64,000 bases of DNA from Balamuthia mandrillaris (Eukaryota): NCBI GenBank assembly GCA_031835245.2, contig JAVKOQ020000081.1:124001-188000 (forward strand). Direction: 5' to 3'. Below, piece by piece: positions 47,074 to 60,128 of the stretch. Within the stretch, counting starts at the first letter, position 1; every line of letters begins with the position of its first letter. Made by a program: the position numbers and the translations under genes. The notes beneath the pieces were generated by a model. It saw only the letters and a program-made list of their open reading frames with translations. It was not told the origin of the DNA and made no database searches.

Positions 47074-49351
47074 TTAGAACAAGAAAGTAAGGTACGCCTC
47101 ATCCAGGTAAAACTCCTTATCCTTTGTAGGGGTATTCACCTTCGTACGAATATGAAGGCGGAAGCGACGGTCCTCCACACGAATCAGGTCTGTAACCCCA
47201 TCCACCTCCTTCTCTCCAAAGCTCTCTCTCAGCAACACAAACGTTCTGGTCTCAAGTTGGCCCTTGTTTCTTGGCAAGTCCGGTATGGTGCTTCCCAACT
47301 TGACGAAGCGGTTGCCGGCAAAGTCCCTAGCAAAGAAGTGCCAGCGGTCGCCGCCAGCGTTCAGGTAAGTCAAGGTAAGATTCACGGCAAACGCTCTCTC
47401 CAGAGGAATGGCAGGGGGGATGATCCAGTTGATGTTGCTCTCGTGAGGCTCATTCTCTGCTTCAATCAAGACCAGGTAATTGTTTGGCGTGTCTTGACCG
47501 AGACGGACCACGGTGCCTCTTCTGGCGCCAGCAACGACACGAATGTCGGTGGGGGATACTACTACCGTTGGTAGGATGCATTCCTCTTCTTCCTCTTCCT
47601 CTTCTGCAGACCCGGAGCCAGAGGAATCGCTGCTCTCATCCTCAACCGAAGGAAGGAAAGGACCTTCGGCAAAGATCACACCTATCCTGTTGACATCTGT
47701 GCCATAGCCAATGACCACCAGTGCGCTGCCCTGGCCGGTGCTGTGAACAGAGGGAGAGGCGGCCACGGAGCTGCCGATCTCCGTGACCTCGCCGCTGCTG
47801 GTGGTAAAGCGGAAGCCCAAGCGACCGTCCATGAAGCTCACGTCCATGACGTAGCCGCGGAAGAAACCACAACGACCGTAGATGACCGCCACGTAACCCG
47901 CTCCGTTGATGAGCTCCTCTTCTTCCTCTTCTGGCCCTTCGTCGTCCGAGCCTTCTCCATCAAACTCAACCAAGGAATCGCTGCCGAATCCTTGTTCGCT
48001 GTGTTCGGACTGTTTGGTGGCGAGGCTGCGACGGCGTGAAGGCTTCTGTGACTCTGACTCAGAGTCTGACTCTGGGAAAATCTCGCTGTGCAGCTGCTTA
48101 GCAAAGGGAGCTCCGATGTAAAAGTCATCCTTGTCATCGTTGTTGATGTCTCCAAAGGCCAAGGTGCGCCTCGAGCCGATGCGATCGTTCTCAAAGCGGC
48201 CCAAGAACGTGAAGAAGGAGTTCTCCTCCAACGTGGCTGGCAGGTATCCTCCTTTGCCAAAGATGACAAAGACGGCGCCGGCGTTGGTCAGCTCCGTCTC
48301 CTCCTCCTCCTCCCCCTCGACGGCCAGGTCGGTGAGCGGAGCACCCACGGCGATGTCGCCAAAGCCGTCGGCATCGAGGTCGCCGGTGGCCAGGGCCTCG
48401 CCGAACCTTTGGCCATCCTGGCTTCCCACCACGATGAAGGCCTGCTCCAACGCCATCAACTGCTCCACTGACACCACCGAGGACCACAGATCGGCGTTGC
48501 GAATGACGTAGATGGCACCTGGGGCAGAGGCCAACGTTTCTTCCGAGGAGGACTCCACGGACTCGTCCTCACTCGCGAGGATGTGATCGGGACTGCCGAC
48601 GACGAGGTCAACGCGGCCATTGCCATCGAAATCCACCCAGGAGAGGCTGTACCCAAAGTCATCGGAGCCCTGCCCCACGATGGTGAAGCCGTTCTCCCCG
48701 CTCTCTTCGTCCCCCTCCACCTCGGCCAACGAGTCCGTGTCGTAGAGCGCCGCAAAGCTGCTCCGGCCAAAGAGGCAGTGCACGTGGCCGGGGGCGTCGC
48801 GCTGCCCATGCGCCCCCACGCAGAGGTCCCCGTAGCCATCGTTGTTGATATCGCCCACCGTCACCGCCGTGCCAAAGTTATCGTGGGCGGCGGTGGAGGT
48901 GAAGCAAAAGCCGTTGCTGCCGTTGAGGTGGGCGAGGGTGGGGGGGACCTCCCCCGAGGGGTTGCCCAGCACCACCGCGCAGCCCCCCAACCCGCTGAGC
49001 GTGCCGGTCCAGCAGGAGGCCACGTCGCCCAGCCCGTCCCCGTTGACGTCGCCCACCGCCAGGGCGTAGCCAAAGTTGTCCCCCTCCTGCAGGCCCGGCA
49101 GGAAGGAGAAGGTCGGGAGCCCATCCTCATCGGAGGAGAGGGAGCTACCGGAGAAGGAGGAGGAGCTGCCGGAGAGGCCATCGAGGCGGCTGGAAATGCC
49201 AAAGGCGATGCCGCCCACCTCGGGGACCAGTTTTCCTGTTCATCCAAGCAAGGTTAGGTGGCAAGTCCTCCATGAATGCGACTAAGGAGAAGAGAGGCGC
49301 ATCGGAAAGGGAGAGATTTCAAAGAGCAATGAAGTAACAATGGGAGAAGGC

Positions 49352-49389
<38 letters not shown>

Positions 49390-49770
49390 GGAGAGACAGG
49401 TACAGTAAAAACTTAGAATTCAGAGAATGGAGATAGGAGAGAAAGGAAAAGCAGGGAGGAACAAAGGAGTGCGAACAAAAAGATAGAGAAAATGATAAAC
49501 AGAGGTTGGCCAAAACCAAAAGGAAGTAAGCGCACCGTCCATAAGAACCGCAATTCCAGGTGATGAAACAACTGTGTCTGGGTAAACATCAAAGTCAAAG
49601 TACGTGGAAGCGCTATCCCAACCCAGCCGTGCTTGGGTAAATTCGGGTAGTATTGGGGCCTCAAAGATCTGTCCCATTTGGGGGTTCAGCTGTGCGTCAT
49701 CGAGTACCGCAGGGAAGTGGTTGGCCCACGCCACAGACAAGCACAGCGCTACCACCAACAACGCTTTCAT
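47074..49770 (-). CDS. Secreted FG-GAP repeat (integrin-alpha-like beta-propeller) protein
   Basis: Signal peptide MKALLVVALCLSVAWA; repeated FG...GDxNxDGxxD...GAP motifs; no C-terminal transmembrane helix. Confidence 0.88.
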
Positions 49771-49874
49771 TCCTGCTAGGACATCAATCAGTATGATAAG
49801 CATACCAGAATGTGAGAGGAGAAAGGGAGTGCGAGAGCGAGAGACAGAGAGTTGAAGAAAAATCGAAACCAGAG

Positions 49875-49905
<31 letters not shown>

Positions 49906-50334
49906 TTGTCCAGAAGGAGAGAAGGAATGAGTAACAGAAGTGATGAGATATACATCACGACCAGCTCACGTACCCGAAACGTAGTCCTTCCCCTCTTTCT
50001 TTCTCTCCCCCTTATTTATACCAATTGATTTTTGTCACAATTTTTTTCCTTTTCTCACGAAACGACACTTATCGAGAGCAACCAATGGCACGACGGCCTT
50101 CTTTTCCGTCGACACTTGGTTGTTTTTTTTTGCTAAACTCATTAGTACCAAGTAGGGTTCGAACCGAGCACCCGTGCTCGGTTGAAAGAAAATCTTGGGA
50201 TCTAGAAGGAGTCGAACCCGCGGCAACGTTTGGCTTAAAAAAAGAAAATCAAACATCCCTCCGCAGGAGTCGAACCGGCGGGAAAGAAAAAAATACAAGT
50301 TAAAAAAAAGAAAAGAAAAGAAAAAAAACACACC

Positions 50335-52307
50335 ATGAAGGGGAGTTTGCCCTTGTTGGCGGCGATGCGAGGAGGGCCAGGGGCCGGGGCCTTTGCGGCC
50401 TCCTCCCCCGTGCTGTGGCAGCAGGGCATGCTGCGCGCCTCCAGCCTGAGCGTGATCCCCCTCCGAAAGAAAAAGACCAAGTGGCGCCACAACACCATCG
50501 GCGTGCCCAAGGACCAGCTCTTCATGGAGCGCATCACCCCCTTTGACGTCTTTGATCGCAACACCGGCTGGACGCAGAACTCGAAGCGCGTTGGGGTGGT
50601 GGGCGTCAAAGTGGGGATGACCAGCGAATGGAACGAGTTCTACGACTTTTACCCAGTCACCATCATCAAAGTAAGTTAATTTTATTTTATTTTTTTTTTG
50701 GTTTAATTCTAATCGAAAACATCGGATGGAAAAAAAAAATCTTTTTGGGACTACTAGTTGGCCAACTGTCAGGTAACACAGGTGAAGTGGACGGACAAGA
50801 ACAGGAAGCCCGGTGAGGTCATGGTGCAGGTGGGCGCGGGCGCGGTGAAGCCCGAGAACCTCAGCAAGCCCCTTCGCATGGAGTTTTACCGGCGCGGGCT
50901 CGAGCCCAAGCGCCACATTGCCGAGTTTCCTGTCAGCGAGAATGGAGTCCTTCCTGTGGGTTCGTTTGAGCTCTGCTTTACGCTGTTTTCTCCCTTGGCT
51001 CTTCCTGCTTGCCATTTTTCCTCTTCCTCTCCTCTCCTGTCCTTGTCCTTGTTCTTCTCTTCCTTCTTGTTTCCTTGCGTCTTTCCGGCTTCCTTCTTTC
51101 TCCTCTCTTCCTTTTTCCTTTTTTTCTTCCTTCTTTTCTTCCTTCTTTCTTCTTTGTCTTTCTTCTTTCTTCTTCCTTCTTCTTCCTCTCTTTGCAGGAA
51201 GTTCTTTCTATGCCTAACTTACGAGAATAAAAAAAGGTACGGAAATAAGGGCAGAACACTTCACACCGGGACAATACCTCGACATCTCAGGAGTGTCCAT
51301 TGGCAAAGGTTTCCAAGGTGTCATGAAGAGGTGGGGTTTTGCTGGCCAGCGTGCCTCTCACGGCAACAGTCTTTCGCATCGAGTTCCGGGTTCCATTGGT
51401 CAACACTCTGTATGCTCTTCCTCTAGTTCTTCTTTTTCTTCTTTTCGCTCTTTCATCCAGTGTTTTTATTTTCTAACAAACGAGTTCAATGATGACTAGA
51501 TTCCAAGCAAAGTGTTTAAGGGCAAGAAACTTCCTGGACGCATGGGTGGCAAGAACTGCACCGTCAAAAATCTCTTTGTACACTTCGCTCTCTCGTTCTC
51601 TCCCTCCCTCTCTCCTTCTCCCTTGCGTGTCGTGATCCTCCCTCTCAGTTTCTCATTTTCACAATCAACGTTATTAATCGCAACAACTCCAACAACATCA
51701 GTTATGGAAGATCAACACGAAGCACAACTTGCTCTACGTGCGCGGCCACGTACCCGGCCACGCCGGCAGCGTTGTCCGCATCAGCGACGCTAAGAACAAA
51801 TGGCACTACTTCCCTCCTCCCTACCCCACCTACATCCGCAAAAAGGACGAAACGGGCGAGGAGGAAGAGCTGCCCCACATCATCACCGCCAACTGCAAGC
51901 CGCCCGAGTGGTGGAGCGCCATGCAGGCGCGTAAGGCGGCCTTTGCCGAGGACCCCTCCAAGAACAAGGACGACTCGCTGGACGTGGTCTCCATTGTGGA
52001 GGCCTACCGCAACAGCTTCCCCACCGTCGACAAATGGAGGGCCGGGGAGCTGCCCTCCGGACCCTGGATTTACCGCGATAACTCAGCGTTCGTCTCTCCC
52101 GGCGAGATCTCCTTCACCAGGGCGGAGAGGGACCTGCTGAGGTTCGAGGTGGAGGGCGCGGAGGAGGAGAGGCGCGCGGCGGAGCTGCTGTCCGAGTGGT
52201 CGGCGGAGGCGTTGGGCATGAGCGAGCTGGCCGAAGAGGAGGAGGAGGAAGAGGGATTCTACGAGGAGGACGAGGAGGAGGACGAAGAGGAGGAGGACAG
52301 AAAGTAA
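50335..52307 (+). CDS. MRPL3: Mitochondrial ribosomal protein uL3m, multi-exon
   Basis: Transit peptide; [29 protein letters not shown]...[34 protein letters not shown]. Confidence 0.93.
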
Positions 52308-52671
52308 CAGATGATTCCCTTGCAACGGAATGAAGGTTCCGCAATGAAGAGTGGAATGCGCGACAACGAACAACACCCCAAAAGAAAACTAATATATGGG
52401 CCATACCTATCTCTTGTCTACCTCCTGCCTTCATTGCAGGTACTTTTTGTCCGCTCTCACGTCCTTCCACCAAATTAGGGCATTTTTCATTTCATTTCCG
52501 CTCTCCGCTGTTTTTTTTGTGGGTGCAGCGAAGAGAGAGAAAAAAAAGGCCTCTCTCTTCTTTGGCCAGTGGTGCGGTGGTGGTGGAAGGAAGCAGTAGC
52601 AGCGGCGTAGTAGCTTTTTTATTTTGTGTGTGGAGGGCTGCGCTTGATTCATCTTTTTTTTTTAAAAAAAA

Positions 52672-52754
52672 ATGAATATGATGAAGGTAGAGTTCTCTTT
52701 TTTTTATTTATTTATTTTCGATCTCTTTACAGCTGTTTGATGGATTTTAAATTT

Positions 52755-52786
<32 letters not shown>

Positions 52787-55700
52787 ATGTCACTCACTAC
52801 TGCTGCTACTGCTGCTACTTAGGGGAAGAAGAAAGAGCAAAAGAAAAGCTCTGGGCATAAATCGGGTGGTTCGAGCGGCGGCAACACCAGTGGAGAGGCG
52901 GTCACGAAGCTGTTAGAAAAGCTTGACACGATCCTAGTCTCGGTTCGTACTACTTTTTTGATGTTGTTGTTCTTTGATTTAAACACTCGCTCTCTCATCT
53001 GTTTTATTGTTGTGTTTGTTTTTTCTTTCTCGTCGGTCGTTTCGTGGCTGCCTCTCCCTTCCTTGTTGTTTCTATCTTGTCGTTTCTATTCGCTAGCGTG
53101 CATCCTTGTTGTTTGTTTTCATTGCTTCCTTCTTCTGACTTTACGAACGCTTTTTTTTCCCCACAATACAGGATGAAGAGGAGGAAAGCGAAAGCCATTC
53201 TTCTGGCGGCAAGAACACACCAAAAGACATTCCCAAAATGGGACCATACAAGTACGCTCTCTCTCTCTCTCTCTCCCTCCCGCGCTCTCTCTTCTCTCTC
53301 CTCTCTCTCTCTCACTTTCCTCTGCTGGTTTCTTCTCTAAATGTTTGTTTGTTTTGGTGTGCCATAGAGAATGGATATTTCTACCAGATATAAAAGTGAA
53401 AGGAGCACTGAAGGCGGATGGTGAGGCTATTAACGGCCCCGTGGATGACTTGACTAATCAAATGGAAACTGTACATAACGTAGCATCAGGGCTTGCGATT
53501 TCTAGTTATCCCAAAGGAGTTAGTGCTTCCCTTCCCTCTCACATTGTTCTTTTCTTGCTCGTAATAGGGGCACTGAAGGTGCTTTATATTACTGAAACTT
53601 AAACAGCAAGGAGAACCCATTTGCGACTTTTTTATGTTGGAGCTGTTCGAAAGGCGGAGCTTGGTGTGTCTGGCTGATGGTTGCTCTTGGGGAGAGGCTC
53701 CTCGTCAGGCTGCTCGCAAAGCTGCCCACGCTTACATGGAATATCTTAAGCAGAATTTAGAAAGCATCACTGACATACGGTTTCTCCGCCTCTCCCTCCC
53801 TCTCTGTCCCTCTTTCTCACTTTTGTACTTTGTTTTCTTTGATTATTCAAATGTGCAGAGAAGCTGGCCGCTTGATCTTGCGCGCTTTCTACAAAGCTCA
53901 CACCAAAATTGTGGAAGGATACACCGAAGTATGGGATGCAGGCACTACCACTCTATGCGGAGGCATCATGTTGGAGTTGGACGAGAAGGATGCAGAGATG
54001 TTGGCTAAGCTTCGCGGAATGACTACCCACAACACAACCCATCGCAAGCTTTTTGACACTTCCTCCTTTCAACAACTGTATCGCTTGTATGATTCTGATT
54101 ATTGCAGCTTGAACATCACCATCCACAACAACTGCACTTCACCACCTTCTTCTTCTCCTTCATCATCATTATCTTCTTCGAATCATAAGAACGGTTCTCC
54201 CAATGTGCAACGCAAATCAGCAAACATTAGTCCTTCCCAGTCCACCAGTGCTTCTTCATCATCTTCTTCCTCCTCAAACAAAGAAAAGAAGAAAGAAACA
54301 ACAAGGAGTAAGAGCAGAGCAAACTCGAAGAACTTGGCAGAGTTGCAGATGCTGCAGCAACGACAAGCGAACGATCCACGGTGGGTCTTTGTCTGCGCAA
54401 GCGTTGGTGATTGCAAAGCGTTTCACTACGACAACAAAACGGGGTTGTTCACGGACATAACGGAGGGCAATCGCACCAATCTCACCGATGCGAAGGACCC
54501 TGGCGGTCGTCTTGGTCCTCAGGTTCAACCGGAAGGCGGTCCTGATCTACGAAATTTGGTGGCTTTCTCTTTTCCCTATTCTTGTTTCTGCTCCTTTCTC
54601 AATTCTTTGTTTGATTGAACCCCTTTTACTCATTCTTATCCTTGTATTTGAAATACAGGCGTTGTACTTTATTCCTTGCCGCGATCAAGACATTATCTTT
54701 CTGGTATCAGATGGAGTGCATGACAACTTAGACCCCCAAAACTTGGGAATAACGCCCGGCCATTTAGGCTTGAAGTACAGCACATGGGAAGAGGCCGAGA
54801 AGCAAGACCTGCGACTCGCTGATGAGACCAAAAATCAGTTCAGGATTCAATACTTGAACGATATCATTAAAAAGGGTACTGCTATTCTATTCTGTTTTAT
54901 CTTTTCTCTTTTCCTTTTCTCAACATTTTTTGTATATTTTTTTTGTGTCAACCAAACAGCAAAGCGAAAAGGAAGCCCATTGACCCCAGCGCAACTGGCG
55001 GCGCAAGTAACGTATCATGCCTACGCTCTAACGCAATCGAGCCGACAGTTTATCGAGAACAACTCCCATGCTCGCCTCCCGGAGGACTACACCCTTTATC
55101 CTGGCAAAATGGATCACACCTCTTGCGTCGCCATTTTCGCTGGTGGTTTGACCTTAGAAGGAGGTAAATAACCTTTTCTCACTTCTATTCTTTCGGTGAA
55201 AATGTTTTGTATAGTTAACGTTTTTCCTCTCGCTGTTCTCCTTCTTTCTTTAAAGCCTCATTGGAGGATTCAGAAGAGCCTTCCGAAAGCAGCAGTACCG
55301 AAAACCTCCTCACCCAGGACACTTTCTACCAAGCCATCCCCCTCACTACCTTCCTCGACTCTGCTTCTTCTGCCTCTTCCGCTTCTTCCACAGCATCCTA
55401 TTCCACCTCTCCATCCGCCGTGGCTTTTCACAACAACTATAGCAACAGCATTAGTGATACAGCTTACAGCAAAATTCCTGTTCACTCGCCCCGAGGTGAA
55501 AAATCACGACAACAACAGGCCCAACAACAACAGCAGTTGCCTCGCTTGAAGGCCATTCGTTGTTATAACATGGATCAAGAGCCGCTGGCGGAGATCCATG
55601 CGGTTCCTTCTGATACTATCCACAACATCATTGCGAAGATCAAAGATGTGCGTCTCTTCCTCAATCTCTATTGTCATTCTTTCTTTTTTCGTCGTTTCTT

Positions 55701-55950
55701 GTCTTTCTTGTCGTTACTTTTTCTATCCCTGGAACTGAAGAATAATTCTTTCTTTTTTTTTTTTTAAAAAAAGGAATTGGAAGAGGTAATAGAGGGCAGG
55801 CCGTTCCGTTTACGAAAGGGAGATGAGGATTGGGTTCGCAAGCCGGTTCCAATCCTGAAGAAACAATTCGACAAGAAGGCCTACGACTTTTTCATCTTCG
55901 AAAAGGACATCATCGTCATCCAGTTTCATCCTCTCAATAACTCGAGTTAA
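52672..55950 (+). CDS. PP2C-like (PPM-fold) domain protein with a small C-terminal ubiquitin-like-looking domain, multi-exon
   Basis: PICD, CLADGCSWG, DAGTTTLCGG, ASVGDCKAF, DPGGRLGP, LVSDGVHDNLDP and GKMDHTSCV. The start codon is inferred from a micro-exon (MNMMK). Confidence 0.85.
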
Positions 55951-56368
55951 GTGATTAGCTCGTCCAAGACCGGTTTTGGGGAGGAAAGAAGACACGAAGA
56001 AGAAGAAGAAGAAGAGGAAGAAGAACAAGAACAAGAAGAGAAAGATGGTGATGAAAAAAAAGAAGTAGAAGAAGAAACATGAAACGGTTTTCCTCAACTT
56101 TGGGGAGTGAAAAAAAAAAGGTGGTACCAATGTAGCAGCTCACCTCAATAGACTGTTTATTTTGTGTTTGTACAAATATGTGGTCTGGAGAAATGCCTTC
56201 TTTTTGGCTGGCTCAGTGTGATACCAGAGGAGAAGAAGCAGAAGAACCAATGGAGACCAAGAAAACGAGAGAAAAAGAACAAGAAGCAGGAAAGGAAGAG
56301 AAGAGAGGAAGAAGGAGAGCTATTCTCGCGTTTGTGTGTTTTTTGTTAAAATACGAAACATGCTTCAT

Positions 56369-57095
56369 TCATCCAAACATGCCAAAAGGCGCAGCACCTC
56401 CAGAGGGGGAGATGGAGAGCTCCTCCTCCGCCACCGCCACCAAATCCGCCATAGCGATGCACCTCTTCTCCGGCTCTCTCCTCAGCGCCGCGAATGCGGC
56501 CGCCTTGTAGCAACAGTTCTTGATGACCCCTCCGCTGAACGCAAACTTCTCCGCCAGCTCCCTAAAGTCAATGTCCTCCTTCAGCGGCGCTTTCGGCGGC
56601 AGCAGCTGCCGCCAGAGCTGTTCCCTCTGAGCGACATTGGGAAGCTCAAACTTGACGGCGAAGCGGAAGCGACGGAAGAAGGCCTGGTCGATGGTGTCGA
56701 TGAGGTTGGTGGTAAGGATGGTGATACCAGGGAAGCGCTCGATGTGATAGAGCAGGATGGAGGTGTCGAGGTTGGCGTAACGATCGGTGGAGCTGCTGGG
56801 ATCGGCGTGGCGGGCGCCAAAGAGCGCCTCCGCGTCGTCAAAGACCAGGATGGCGTCCAGGCTTTTGGCCTCCTTGAAGACCTCCTCGATGTGTTTGCCG
56901 GTCTCGCCGACGTACTTGTCGACGAGTTGGCTGGCGTTCACCATTTTGAGGGGTTTGCCGGTCTCAAAGCCGATGACCTCTGCGGCGAGCGTCTTGCCGG
57001 TTCCTGGCGGGCCATAGAACAGACAGGTGGTGCCTTGATCGTTGAACGTCTTCTCGGAATAGCCCCATCTGTTTGTCAAAAAGAAACACATGTGA

Positions 57096-57132
<37 letters not shown>

Positions 57133-60087
57133 AACTATACTCGGAGAAAAGGATTTGACTGGCTTTTTCCATTTGGATGATTCTCTCCAACTGTCTGAGC
57201 ACCTCCGGCGTGGCAGTGATGTCCTCGATACCCCTCGTCGGCACTATCCTCCTGTCAAAGTCCACCATGGCTAACCTTCCTCTCAGCTGGTTGATGGCGC
57301 CTTGCTCCAAATCCTTTTGGGTGATGACAGGATCGTCTCCTTCTCTGGTGACGGCTTGGGAGAGGGCTATAAGAATGGCATTCTTGATGAAGCCACCGGT
57401 TAGCTCGTACTTGAGAGCGAGCCGCTGAAAGTCAACATCTTTGGCGAGCTTGACCATTGGCGGCATCAAGAGGCGCCAAATGTCCGCTCGCAAGTGGGGA
57501 TCTGGTTGTCGGAACTTTTTCATGCAGAGAGAGAGAGAGAAAAAGAAGTGAGAACACTAGACATAAGACTAATGAAAGAATGGAAGAGAGAAAGAGAGAA
57601 AGAAAGAGAGAGAGAGAGAGAGAGTTCAGTGGGGCAGGACGAAACCTCAATGGCGAGTGTTATGCGGCGATGCATTGCTTCATCCAAGTCGAAAGCTCTG
57701 TTGGTGGCCATTATCTGTTTGCCAGATTTAACAAGTTAACATCTGGAGGAGGACATGTGGATAGGAAGGGCAGGAGGACAAAGAGGAAAAGAAACAGAAA
57801 AAGAGGAAAGAAGAAAACCATACAATGAGTCCGTTATGTCGCTCAATTTCGGTGAGGAGCAAGTTGACACCACTTGCAGAAGTTTTATCTCGGGACATGA
57901 AAATGGTTTCACATTCATCTTTGTTGTGTATGGAGAAAGATGAAAGAGTGAGCAAAGTATCACCGGTTTCTATTTTTTTAAAGTGTTAGAAAGCGGTACG
58001 TACCGAAGAAAAGGACAGAGTCTGTCAGTTTGGCCTCTCGGAAGATGAACTTGATAACGTGGTCAGCTTGCATAAATCCCAGCGATGGATAGTTGATCAA
58101 CAGGATTCGTTTATCTAACATTGCAGCCACTATAAAAAGAAGCGGACAGAAATAAGTGAAGAAGAAGACAATAGAGGGAAAGGGAAGAGATGAAACGCAC
58201 AAGCGTTGGCCATCATGGTTTTTCCAGTGCCACTCTTTCCAAAGAATAACAACAACATGCCAGAACCGTAGGCAATCTGCCATACAGAAGAAGGGAAGTA
58301 AGTTTTAACTAAAGAAGAGAGAAGAGAGAAGAGAGAAGAGAGAAGAGAGAAGAGAGAAGAGAGAGAGAACGTACTGTGTCACCGACGGACAACTTTTTAG
58401 AGATGCTGGTAAACTTATCAAAGTTGCGAACAGTGTTCACAATCAATGACTTTTGATCTTCGGGTAAAATGACAGATTCAAGCTTTACATTTGGAGTGTA
58501 CCTGGCCAATAACAAGCGTCTTTAGCAAAGAATAGCTCTCAAATAGAAGAGAAAGAAAACGAAGAAGAAGAACAACAACAAGCATAAAAAGAACATGAAG
58601 AGCTTACAAATGACTGCCTTCCACCAATTCTGAAAGCTCAGAGTCAAGACCAACAATGAAATCCAACATTCTTCTATCCAGCTCAACGTCCGTGTTCATC
58701 AGTTCTCTGTCTGTAGTTTAAGTTATTTAAAAGTAAGCATTTATGTATAGACTTACAGAAAGAACTGAAAACAAACCCCATGTGTCAGACAAACGGATGA
58801 TGCCTTCTCGCACCAGCCTTGCGTTCTTGTAAAAGTAACTGTTTTGAGCAAACCAAAGTGAGAAATACATACACAGTTGTTCCTCTCTCTCTCCTCCTCC
58901 TCCTCCTCTCAGCACTCATTTTAGTACCTTCTGTTCTTCAGCTCTTCTTCGAAAGAGTTGCAAAAAGTGCTCAATAAAGCGCCAACGTTGAAGTTCTCCA
59001 CATTCGTGGAACGGCGATAGCGAGACGCGTCCGGAGATATCTTTGGAGAGATGACATTGGCCACCAAAGTCAAAAGGATCAACCGCTCGAATGGTTCCAG
59101 GTTGAGACGCAACGCCAGTCGTTCCAGGCGAGGAAGCCATTTGCCTGAGTTGCGGGCCACTGTCATCTGCATTCATTTAACTTGGCGTTAAACAAAAATA
59201 AAAGAAAAACCAATAAAACAAAACGTACAGCAACTCTCTTCTCGCATTTGCCTTTCAACATTCGTTCCTTCGCTCTCAGCTCCCTCAACTGCAGCTCCTG
59301 CTTGGCATCATGATCCAAGTCCTCCTCCCTCTCTCTTGCCATGTTGATCACTCGCAACTTAACAGCCAACCAGTCGATGTGATCCGAAAGATACTGAACG
59401 TTGTTGGTGTAGGGAGACAGACCGGAATCATCTTCTTCGCCAACTTCTGTCTTTTTCGGTTCATCATCTGCGCTTTGAAGATATTCTTTTTCCATCATCA
59501 CTTCCATTCGAAGAATATCAAAGATGTCTTCTTCCTCTTCCTCTTTTTCCTTCTGCTTTTGGCTATCCTCAGAACCGGAGTCAGCATCAACTTCCTCTTT
59601 ACTCTTCTCCTCGGCATCGTCGTCGCCTTCTTTGTCTTCTTCATCGTCACTGCCTGTTTTGGAGGTGGAGAGATTGGCTTGGGAGCTGCGTAAAAGTTTG
59701 TACTTCTTGCCAGCAACATCCTCTTCGCAAACAACCTCTGCTAAAACGGTTTTGTCGATCTTTAGTTGTTGTTCCTCTGAGAGCTCCATTCCCGCCTTTG
59801 TTTTTGGTGTCACCAGGGAAAACAAAGTGAGAAAGGGGAGAGCTGAGAGAACGAAGACAAGAAAGGTGGAGCATGAAGAGACAAAGAAGAATAAAGAAAA
59901 GGATAGTTACCAGGACGCCAGCTGTGGTATAAGGGATCTTGAAGGAATAACTGGAGACAGGATCGTCTTCGTCAGGACTAAGAATGCCTTCCTTGACGTG
60001 CATTCTCTCCGCAGAAATAAAGTTCAAACCTTCACTCAACGTCATTTCGCAATACTGCAAACAAAAATGTGTGAACAACTAAGCAGC

Positions 60088-60128
<41 letters not shown>

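Noticed and set aside
52380..52480. Possible small structured RNA after MRPL3
   Set aside because: Only a weak hairpin; no snRNA or snoRNA box motifs that I could verify.
58312..58368. (AGAAGAG)n heptamer array
   Set aside because: An ordinary intronic simple repeat in the AAA gene, not telomeric or element-associated.
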